Below, piece after piece: positions 55,872-64,000 of a stretch of 64,000 nucleotides of DNA. Under the pieces are notes generated by a model. The model was not told where the DNA came from. It made no database searches and was given only the letters and a program-made list of their open reading frames with translations. The position numbers and the translations under genes are program-made. The stretch lies in the IMG/VR virus record IMGVR_UViG_3300031787_000011; one strand, 5' to 3'. The DNA is from a virus. Numbering within the stretch: the stretch's first letter is position 1; every line of letters begins with the position of its first letter.

Positions 55872-58800
55872 TAGCTTAAGAAGTTGGTGTTTACTAGTTT
55901 TATATTTGGTCTATTTTTATAGATTAAAGTTTGCAAATTCAACGGCTTGCCCGGATAGCTCTGGAAAGAGCATTGAATGGTCAAGCCATTTTCTGCTAAA
56001 GCAATATTTAATTTCGTTAAACCGTTGTCTACTGTAAGCAAAGACTTTAGCGGATCTGAAATACTAGAGCAGAACAAATCAGCAGAATAACTTACGTTAG
56101 GCTGTAATAAAGATGCGGCTTTATAATCATAAATTGATTTTATTTTTTCGTGAAAGCTTTCAAAGGTGTCGAATTCATATCTTGGTTTTTGATTTGATCC
56201 ATATCCTTGGAAATTCATAACTACAGGAGTTCCATCTCCAAAAGCGCCGCCGATTGATTGATTACTAGAGTAAGACTGCTCCGTCTCGTCTGCGTAAAGC
56301 TCTCTTACATTCGGAGTAATATTATTCACATCTAATTCTAGAGAAAACCCTTCGTTGTTCAATATTCTTAGTATGTCATTTTTATCTTCTAACCCACCTC
56401 TAATAAAGTTTTTAAAAGGAGCGAAAATCTGACTAGAACTTTTGCTCTTTAAAGTAACTATGTAGTTGACTTGCGATGGCAAAGTTATATATTCTGATTC
56501 TAATCTAGTAGTGTTTACCATTGTGAATGGAACTGGAGTAGGAAATCTTGTGCTTCTTACAAGTATATTGTTTAAAGCTGGAGACGCCAAAGCCAACATG
56601 CCACTAGAAGATTGCAAAGATTTGCTAATGTGAGCTGTCAAGAAAGCGTTCGATGGCATTTTTCTTGTTATATTAAAACGCTGACACTGCATAGAGTCTG
56701 GGCCTATGCCAAGCAAAGCTGCATTATTATTTCTTTCAATGTTTGATTGCTCTTGCGGGTAAACACACACAGAATAAAAAATTGTTTTACTGCAATCTTT
56801 CTTATTCGCTTGAAGAGTAGCTGGATTCCCAGCCGCAAGTATATCTCTCAATAGAGTGCATCTTTCTGCTATTTGATTTTGGTATTCTATTGGATTTGTA
56901 AATGAATGCCCCGACAAAGTAGTAGGGAATTGATATATCTGAGCAAGAGAATTGAATCCAAACATCACTCCAAAAGAATAATTACTTAAAGGAAGATTTG
57001 TGACATCTACTGGCAAAGCAGCTCTTAAAACACCTAAAGATACTGGAGATAATTCTTTAAAAATAGGAGAATAAGCTTCTGCAAGATTTATTCTTGTGAA
57101 CTGAGCTATAGAATTATTGCTCATAAAAGGATCACCAGAAACAGCATAATCTAAATATTCTAAACCTCTAATTAGCTCTTGGAAAATACCATAAGCTGCG
57201 TCATCTCTTGCTAGATAAAATCTTACAGGTTTTAATCTATCTAAAGACTGCACATACTTAACATAAGAAGCCTGAGCTTTACTGCATAAATCCTCTGTGT
57301 TAGCTTTTAGTCTGTTGAACTCTGAAAAAGCATTGAAATAAGAATCTGTGCCATTATACAAACTAGCCAAACTTTCAATCAAAAATTTGGCATCTCTAAA
57401 TACTGGCAACTTATATATTTCATTTGAATAAACTTTTTGAGTCGCAGGAATTGTTTCTACGCTATATTGGAGTAGCTCGTTCTCATTACCAGCTATCCCT
57501 TCTGTTATGTTTTGTACATCTGTCCAATAATGTTTTCCTATGAAATCAGCGATATAAGATTCAATAGCTAAAATATTATTAGCTATCGATTCATTATAAA
57601 AACCAAGATTCATATTTATTAAAACATTTCCATCTTCATCAAAAGTTAATTCGCTTTGCAACTCTAAAGCTCTAGACACAGCCTCGAAAGCTATCAAATC
57701 AGCCTGTCTATCTATGTAGCTAAGCCTAGAGCCTAGTATGTCTCCGCCCAAAGGCAAGAAGCCTAATGCTTGATAAGCTCCTATTTGATAGTTATAGATT
57801 TCTCTTAGCTTTGGCGCGTATTTTCCCAGAATAGCCGATATTACAACCTGTTCATAATTTCTATTGGCTCCACAAAAATCGTAAGGCCTAGAAGGGGTGC
57901 CGAATAATTGCGGAAATATATCATAGAGCCTAATATTTCTAAATGTTCTATTGCCTAAAATTTGCTCGTATTCAATATTCTTCTCTCTCGCTTCCTTAAA
58001 ATAATAAGAAGAGTATACCTTTAGATTTTTTTTACTTAAATCATAATCAAAATCTTGTGATCTTATGACGAATTGAGAAGAGTCTGAAGCTTCTAAATTT
58101 TCCAAGCTTAACTTTGTTTTTAGAACATTTTCTTTCGCTAAAGAATCTGTAAGGTCTATTCCGCGTATTCTAACTTGATTAGATTGCCCAGAAAAATCTA
58201 CTACATAAGAATAAGAATACTCTTCGCACCATTGGGCTAAAACATTTTTTAATGTGCCAGAATATTTTCTTTTAATCTGCTCTCCAGACTTGTCTCTTAA
58301 AGATTCTACAGGAGAAGAACTGCCGCTGTTTCCGCTGCTTCCAGAACTGCCAGAATTTATATTCGATGGAGCAATTGATATTCCTAAAGCTTTCATTGCT
58401 TTAAGCAAAGAAGCAAAAGAATAGTAAGTTTCAGCAGACTTACAAATGCTATCTTTAAAATCTTCTTCTCCCAAAAGAATAATTGCCCCATATCCATTAG
58501 TGATTTGCTTTAATGGATCTGTAGATTTTATTATTACATAATTGTACTTGCCAGGGCCATTAGCAGTATCAGTAATTACTTGAGTTGTCGCGGGATCTAT
58601 AGATAATTTTTGACCTAGATTAGACTCTGCAAAATGCAAAAATTGAGAAAAATTTGATACCGTGACCGATCCAGCTTTTGAGCCATTAACTGAGGGGCAA
58701 TTCAATATTATTCTGTCTATGGTAGCCTCTTTTTCCGACCTACTATCTATTGCCACCTCGACTCCTAAAACACCAACATAAATCTTATCTAAAACAAAAG

Positions 58801-59323
58801 AGTTATCTTTAAAAGTAACTGTCAGAACTTTTTCATTATTCCTTTTTGATAACGAGTAAGAAGATATTTTAAAATTTTTGAGCTGGTATGTTTTTTTGCC
58901 ATCGCCATCTGTGATAGTAATATTATAGCTTGTCGTCGGCCCCATGTACTGATCTTCTATCTTAAAATCCTGGTCTATTAGCTGAGAAAGAGTATCTGAA
59001 GTGCCTTTGAATATTTGGCTTTGATTGTTTATTTGGTTTATTGGCGTAGTTTGAGTATTTCTTGCTGAGTTAAGTTGATTTAAAAGATCAATGTCTCTTT
59101 TTCTCTGTTGCTGCACAGAAAGAGCGCTTTTTGCTTCTTTAAGTGTTTTATTTAAAGCAAGATTAAGAACTAAAGTGCTTGGATTGCCATCGAATCCCAC
59201 ATCAAGAGATAAGGCATAAACATAACCATTAAATAATCTATTCCCAAGATCGAGTGGAGGCTGCCCAGAAGAAAACTGAGTTCTTGTTATATTTATACTG
59301 CTATTGTTCTTTACTTGAGCCAT
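55871..59323 (-). CDS. Putative baseplate hub / tail protein
   Basis: 1150 aa; LSLDVGFDGNPSTLVLNL and GTLKNVLAQWC...YVVD are reminiscent of tail hub proteins; AAGGA SD upstream. Confidence 0.5.
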   Translation of the reverse strand: MAQVKNNSSINITRTQFSSGQPPLDLGNRLFNGYVYALSLDVGFDGNPSTLVLNLALNKTLKEAKSALSVQQQRKRDIDLLNQLNSARNTQTTPINQINNQSQIFKGTSDTLSQLIDQDFKIEDQYMGPTTSYNITITDGDGKKTYQLKNFKISSYSLSKRNNEKVLTVTFKDNSFVLDKIYVGVLGVEVAIDSRSEKEATIDRIILNCPSVNGSKAGSVTVSNFSQFLHFAESNLGQKLSIDPATTQVITDTANGPGKYNYVIIKSTDPLKQITNGYGAIILLGEEDFKDSICKSAETYYSFASLLKAMKALGISIAPSNINSGSSGSSGNSGSSSPVESLRDKSGEQIKRKYSGTLKNVLAQWCEEYSYSYVVDFSGQSNQVRIRGIDLTDSLAKENVLKTKLSLENLEASDSSQFVIRSQDFDYDLSKKNLKVYSSYYFKEAREKNIEYEQILGNRTFRNIRLYDIFPQLFGTPSRPYDFCGANRNYEQVVISAILGKYAPKLREIYNYQIGAYQALGFLPLGGDILGSRLSYIDRQADLIAFEAVSRALELQSELTFDEDGNVLINMNLGFYNESIANNILAIESYIADFIGKHYWTDVQNITEGIAGNENELLQYSVETIPATQKVYSNEIYKLPVFRDAKFLIESLASLYNGTDSYFNAFSEFNRLKANTEDLCSKAQASYVKYVQSLDRLKPVRFYLARDDAAYGIFQELIRGLEYLDYAVSGDPFMSNNSIAQFTRINLAEAYSPIFKELSPVSLGVLRAALPVDVTNLPLSNYSFGVMFGFNSLAQIYQFPTTLSGHSFTNPIEYQNQIAERCTLLRDILAAGNPATLQANKKDCSKTIFYSVCVYPQEQSNIERNNNAALLGIGPDSMQCQRFNITRKMPSNAFLTAHISKSLQSSSGMLALASPALNNILVRSTRFPTPVPFTMVNTTRLESEYITLPSQVNYIVTLKSKSSSQIFAPFKNFIRGGLEDKNDILRILNNEGFSLELDVNNITPNVRELYADETEQSYSSNQSIGGAFGDGTPVVMNFQGYGSNQKPRYEFDTFESFHEKIKSIYDYKAASLLQPNVSYSADLFCSSISDPLKSLLTVDNGLTKLNIALAENGLTIQCSFQSYPGKPLNLQTLIYKNRPNIKLVNTNFLS

Positions 59324-59338
59324 AATCCTTTAGATAAG

Positions 59339-61129
59339 TTACACGTTAAAATAACCTGTGTCATTATTATATATCACTTGAGAAAACGGCTCTAAAGAAA
59401 AGGTGGTATATCTTAAACTAAAGTCTGCTAGTTTTTCATAATCCAATCCTTTTACTTGCCTCAATCCGTTTACCCAAATTTGCTCATCAAAAAGATTTAT
59501 GTTTGTATCAAAATTGTTTGAATTATTGCCTGTGTATCTAACCCTATTCATTTCGTGCTTTGGTAATAATAATAAATCTCCATCAATAAGATTCGTAGTA
59601 TAAATGGTTATCGCTCCAGTCACGGCGGCATAATCAATACCAGAAATCAATTTATTGCCATTCAAATAAAGATCTCTATGATTGACATAATTGTAAGACA
59701 GAACTTTTGTTGTATTTGTTATGTCTTGAGTTGATATTCCAGTCAATGACCCAGAACCAGATATCAAATCATATGTCGCAAAGTCTGTAACATCAAAAAA
59801 GCTATTAGAATTTATAAAACCACTAGATACTGTGAAATCTCCTTCATTATCTCCTGTTATCCCAGTAACATATGTACAAGCTAATCCATTAACATATAAA
59901 TTAACTAATTCTCCCGATCCAGTATTTAATATTGTATATCTTGCATCAGACTGAGAAAACTGTGGAATCAAATTTATATCTTCTGAATTTTTGCCAGAAA
60001 AGCTATAAACTTCTTTATTAGAGTCATCAAAATTCGCAAGCAACAATACTTTAGAATTTCCAAATGGAACAGAATATCCAAAATCTATAAGGCCGCTCGG
60101 TGGGCGATATATTGTAATTTCTGATGTTCCTTGAACAGCACCAGTAAGCTCAACTAATCGATATTCATAAATATATCCAGTAACTCCTGAATAAAAAAAT
60201 CCAGTGACCGAAGAGCCATTCGAAGTTGCTGTAACGCCAGATGCAGGAACATATCCAGTTATGCCTGTCCCTACTATTACATTTTGATACTCGACTCCAG
60301 TCACAGATAAAAATGTTTCAAATTGAGTCTCGTAAACACCAGAAGCGTAACCAGAACAATAAAATGCTTTAGCGAATGTATTTCTTTCTGGGAAATCTAA
60401 TCCCAAATTAAACAACATAAAACTATCAATATAACCACTAAAATTATTATACCCAACTCCAGATACCCCTAAGCCCCCTAAGTAAAAGTTATTAGAATTA
60501 GAAAAATCTGCTAAATCAAACTGCACATTTAATGATTTTTTATTTAAAGTATCATCAAATTGATGCGTAGATAATTGTATAGAAGAGTCTATTTTAGCAA
60601 CAGAAATTACATTTTTATTATCTAGCTCTTGGCCTAATGTATAAATTCTTTTTCCATCTGAAGGAGTGTTGTGCTCGCAAAATAGTCTATTGCATCCATT
60701 TATTCCTATAGAAAAACCAGAAATTGCAGATCCAGAATTTTGAGACGATAATATTACTTTGCTTTTGTCAAAAGATCCAGTTTCTAAATGCTTGAATACT
60801 ATAAAAGCTGTCCAATCTGGGGAATCAAAATCACCTAATATTTTTAATTTATTTTGACCGTTGAATTGGCCGCTAACTATTCCTGGATTTACATTACCGC
60901 CACCTACTTTATCGTTATAAGATAGGGCCGGGTTATCATTTGAATAAATATTAGATCCAGAATACTGATACTGTATTCCAGTTTGATTATTAAAAATTAC
61001 ATAATTCGAATAACCAGCAGAATCAGTTACGCCTGTATACGATGGATTGCGGAAATCATAATCAATAGAAACAGAAGACCTGTCGCAAAAAATAGTTTCT
61101 AGAAAACCTGATTTTATAATTTCATTCAT
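59339..61129 (-). CDS. Virion protein with LamG/concanavalin-like domain and NG-x-x-x-x-G-x-DY repeats
   Basis: FYLGGLG...FSGYIDSFMLFN; LYLNGNKLISGIDY and IWVNGLRQVKGLDY. Confidence 0.65.
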   Translation of the reverse strand: MNEIIKSGFLETIFCDRSSVSIDYDFRNPSYTGVTDSAGYSNYVIFNNQTGIQYQYSGSNIYSNDNPALSYNDKVGGGNVNPGIVSGQFNGQNKLKILGDFDSPDWTAFIVFKHLETGSFDKSKVILSSQNSGSAISGFSIGINGCNRLFCEHNTPSDGKRIYTLGQELDNKNVISVAKIDSSIQLSTHQFDDTLNKKSLNVQFDLADFSNSNNFYLGGLGVSGVGYNNFSGYIDSFMLFNLGLDFPERNTFAKAFYCSGYASGVYETQFETFLSVTGVEYQNVIVGTGITGYVPASGVTATSNGSSVTGFFYSGVTGYIYEYRLVELTGAVQGTSEITIYRPPSGLIDFGYSVPFGNSKVLLLANFDDSNKEVYSFSGKNSEDINLIPQFSQSDARYTILNTGSGELVNLYVNGLACTYVTGITGDNEGDFTVSSGFINSNSFFDVTDFATYDLISGSGSLTGISTQDITNTTKVLSYNYVNHRDLYLNGNKLISGIDYAAVTGAITIYTTNLIDGDLLLLPKHEMNRVRYTGNNSNNFDTNINLFDEQIWVNGLRQVKGLDYEKLADFSLRYTTFSLEPFSQVIYNNDTGYFNV

Positions 61130-62937
61130 GATTTTATTACATTTCTATTTGCTAATTGATTTGGGTCTAATGCGAAAGAGAATACAGAATTTGAGGAAAC
61201 AATTGATCCATATTTATTCGATGTTAAGTTATCTGAACTAGTTGAGCTAAAATTGCTATTTGATATAGATATGGAAGAAGACTCTTCTTGCAAAGTGTCT
61301 AAAGACTCATGCAATGCTTTAATAAAATTATCTTTGAAAGCTAACAACAACGTATCTTTATTGCCCAATAAAGTAGACTCTGGAGTCCCCGCCTTAGAAA
61401 GAGATAAATTGATTGCTGTTTTTTCTCTTTTCGCAACGTTCATATCTACCGCTATATGCCTTAAAGAATTATTGCAAGAAAATCCATAAGTAAAAATAGT
61501 ATTAGTTGGAGTATACTCGATAGAGTAATCTGAATTTGAAAGCCCCAAAAATCTATCTTTATTATCGTACGTCGCAGATATCGATACAGTTCCTAAAATT
61601 GGATTAGCTTCTACTTGCACTGAAACAGGCTCTTGATTCAAAGTGAATTTAGGAGTTGCTCCGTAATAACCAGTATAGTATCCATTCACTAGCGTATACA
61701 ATCTTGGCGCAGATGCACTTGTGCCAGCGGTGAATAACTCTGTCACATATTTTAAAGAATTCTCATATTTATTTTTTACAGAACCTCTGCACTTAACATC
61801 TCCCTTAATTTCTAAAGTGTCTATATAAGATAATTCGTCTATCGAATGAGAAATTGAAGCGTCTAAATAACAACCACTAAAAACAGTTTGATCGTTAGCG
61901 GATCCATAAAATTCTAAGTTATCATATGAAATGCTAAAATTTATCTTTCTAGCTTTTCGATCTTCATTTATTGTGACTTCGATTGGGTCTGGGCAGAATT
62001 TAAAACCATTCGGGCTACCATATTTACCTGAGATTACCGCGTAAGGATGCAATCCAGAAAGCTCATTAATTAAACTAGAAACTAAAGCATCACCCGTTAC
62101 TCCAGTTATCCCAGCCTTTATTTCTCCCTGTATGGAAGCCGTCACGAAATCATCTCCAGCTCCAGAAGTTAAATTAGTAGAGTAAGATACCAAATGATAG
62201 TTGTTGAAAGAATAATTCTGAGCAGACTCAGAGTCTCCTGTGACAGTTCTAAATTTATAGGTCTCTTCAACAGAATAAGTTAAATTTAATTTATCTAAAT
62301 TTTCTGCTATGCTTACTAAAACAGGAGTAAAATTACTAGAATTGTCTATGCTAGTAACTAACGGCAAAGATAATATTTTTGAAACACCTGTTCTTGTAGC
62401 AACATAAGATTTGGCATTATTTATTGCATCATCTATAGTTGTAGTAACGAAGCCTCTGGCTGCTACAGAATGAGTAATTGTTCCTACTCCATCATTACCA
62501 GGAGATATTGTAATTTCATCTTTTGGGTCTAGCACACCATAAGTGCCAGAAAAAAATCCAGTAAGTCCAGATGGGTAAGACAGCAATTCTACGGAATAAT
62601 TTACAACTTTATTATAAGGAGCATTGTCGAAAGAAACATTTTCTACAGAACACCCAGAGAAAGCATACGCCTCAGTAGTCGGCGGAACATCATCCGCATC
62701 TTCAAATATTTTTAATGTTTTAAAAGAAGATGCAAATATATCAACTAGCCCAGTTTGAGCATAATATAAATCATCGAAACTGTTGCCAGTTATAACCCCA
62801 TTCAAAACTATCCTTTGAGACATTCCCCATCTATCGCCATGAGTAATGACGTCGTCAGTTATTGATATGTAAGGAGTCGGCCCGGTCCCAGAAAGCGGCA
62901 CTCTCTTATTATTGTATCTTATTAATACGTCTGACAT
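61126..62937 (-). CDS. Virion/tail protein with internal repeated domains
   Basis: 603 aa; recurring (I/L)-x-G-x-(I/V) ... (Y/F)-S-x-x-Y-D-N units. Confidence 0.55.
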   Translation of the reverse strand: MSDVLIRYNNKRVPLSGTGPTPYISITDDVITHGDRWGMSQRIVLNGVITGNSFDDLYYAQTGLVDIFASSFKTLKIFEDADDVPPTTEAYAFSGCSVENVSFDNAPYNKVVNYSVELLSYPSGLTGFFSGTYGVLDPKDEITISPGNDGVGTITHSVAARGFVTTTIDDAINNAKSYVATRTGVSKILSLPLVTSIDNSSNFTPVLVSIAENLDKLNLTYSVEETYKFRTVTGDSESAQNYSFNNYHLVSYSTNLTSGAGDDFVTASIQGEIKAGITGVTGDALVSSLINELSGLHPYAVISGKYGSPNGFKFCPDPIEVTINEDRKARKINFSISYDNLEFYGSANDQTVFSGCYLDASISHSIDELSYIDTLEIKGDVKCRGSVKNKYENSLKYVTELFTAGTSASAPRLYTLVNGYYTGYYGATPKFTLNQEPVSVQVEANPILGTVSISATYDNKDRFLGLSNSDYSIEYTPTNTIFTYGFSCNNSLRHIAVDMNVAKREKTAINLSLSKAGTPESTLLGNKDTLLLAFKDNFIKALHESLDTLQEESSSISISNSNFSSTSSDNLTSNKYGSIVSSNSVFSFALDPNQLANRNVIKS

Positions 62938-62938
62938 A

Positions 62939-64000
62939 TCAAAGTTTTTCCTTTTTAACTAAGAACTTATATTCTATTGAAGCTCTTAAATTGTAATTAT
63001 TATCAATAGATAAATTTAAATTATCCATGAAAAAGGTAAGATCTCCAAGTTTAAAACCAAAATTTTCATTATATATTTTGGAGAATGCTTTTACGCCATA
63101 TTGATATTGAGGATAATTTATACCAAATAAGCGCCCGTTATCTTTATGAAGCATTTCTGTGGAAAACAAATCTTTTATCTTACCAAATACAGTGGCTGGT
63201 ACAATATTAGCGCCGGTTGTAGTGTACAGATTGTTTCTATTGATCTTCATTTCTATAACAATAGACTTAACGCCCTCCGTTAATTGAGTGGTTTGGTATA
63301 TTGTTTCTTGATTTCTTTCTACTTTACGATTGCTTTCATTCCAAGACCCAGGAATATTCGCGTTTGAATATCTATTTACTGGCAGATTAGTATTTTCTGA
63401 AACTGTTAATTGACGTATCAATCCAGAACTTGAAAGCGTAGGAGAATTTGAATATGTTTTTGTGTAGGTTGTTTCTACTCCGAATTTTAAATGATTAATT
63501 GCTGTGCTAGTTCTTACGCCAGCAAATGTGCCACTACCTGCCACCGCTAAATAATAAGGATTTATTCTTGTCAAATCATCTGCTCCAGAATTTGCGCTAA
63601 TTATATTTTTTATATCAGTCAAATTAGAAGAAAAGGCTTTATTTTTATTTGTATAAAATTTAATAGATCCATTAATTGTAGAATTATAAATTCCTTGAGC
63701 GTCTTTCACTAGAGAGATGGAATAAGTATGAATAGTCGTAGAGTCGTCGTAAGCGGCATTAGTTGTGAATCTTATTTCATAACCTATTTCTGGCTGCGTC
63801 TCTGTGAGATCTTTAGTTATTGAAATTGGATTTGACTTTAGTGTGTCTAAGGCATTATACTTTGGTAAGACTCTCTTAAATTTAGAATAATCATTAGAGA
63901 AGTATCTATTAAATACATTATTGCATCTTGAATACGCAGAAGATAAATTAGAATTTAACTTAGATATTGCGTTAGCTCTAGCCACAGCGAAACTCGATCC
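62939..64000 (-). CDS. Virion/tail protein, 5'-truncated by the window
   Basis: Frame is open to the window end; shares repeat-unit features with 61126-62937. Confidence 0.55.
   Translation of the reverse strand, partial: GSSFAVARANAISKLNSNLSSAYSRCNNVFNRYFSNDYSKFKRVLPKYNALDTLKSNPISITKDLTETQPEIGYEIRFTTNAAYDDSTTIHTYSISLVKDAQGIYNSTINGSIKFYTNKNKAFSSNLTDIKNIISANSGADDLTRINPYYLAVAGSGTFAGVRTSTAINHLKFGVETTYTKTYSNSPTLSSSGLIRQLTVSENTNLPVNRYSNANIPGSWNESNRKVERNQETIYQTTQLTEGVKSIVIEMKINRNNLYTTTGANIVPATVFGKIKDLFSTEMLHKDNGRLFGINYPQYQYGVKAFSKIYNENFGFKLGDLTFFMDNLNLSIDNNYNLRASIEYKFLVKKEKL

Noticed and set aside
2627-61489. Short antisense or nested ORFs in the track (e.g. 2627-2815, 4591-4890, 12561-13076, 20730-21122, 35439-35762, 61253-61489)
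   Set aside because: All lie within or across longer well-supported genes, show no recognisable motifs and have shadow-frame composition.
1-64000. Active stop-codon reassignment within this window
   Set aside because: Genes tile the window intact under code 11 with no fragmentation at TAG or TGA; only TAG avoidance is supported.

Overview
This window is part of a large, AT-rich, gene-dense dsDNA tailed-phage genome; I see no host-chromosome genes, tRNA, rRNA or CRISPR array. Layout: (1) 1-4150 (+): collagen-like Gly-X-Y protein (truncated by the window), tail-fibre-like protein and small virion-type ORFs. (2) 4147-8557, mostly (-): Hsp20, dNMP kinase, HNH nuclease, dUTPase and small proteins. 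(3) 8559-9040: a promoter-fed, ORF-free, hairpin-rich segment that looks like a structured RNA, directly upstream of a phage sigma factor. (4) 9045-34424 (+): sigma factor, SSB-like protein, class II ribonucleotide reductase, a nucleotide-sugar/glycosyltransferase cluster, RecA, DnaB, primase, Cas4-like nuclease, DNA Pol III alpha split into PHP / exonuclease / catalytic genes, a Whirly-like protein, further GTs and an ssDNA-annealing protein. (5) 34425-64000 (-): very large virion/tail proteins. Most notable observations: the candidate ncRNA coupled to the sigma gene, the self-contained glycosylation pathway, absence of TAG as stop or sense codon in all 55 accepted CDS, repeated leaderless sigma70-type promoters, a sigma54-type promoter on Hsp20, and the split DnaE. 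All family calls come from motif recognition by eye; no searches were run.
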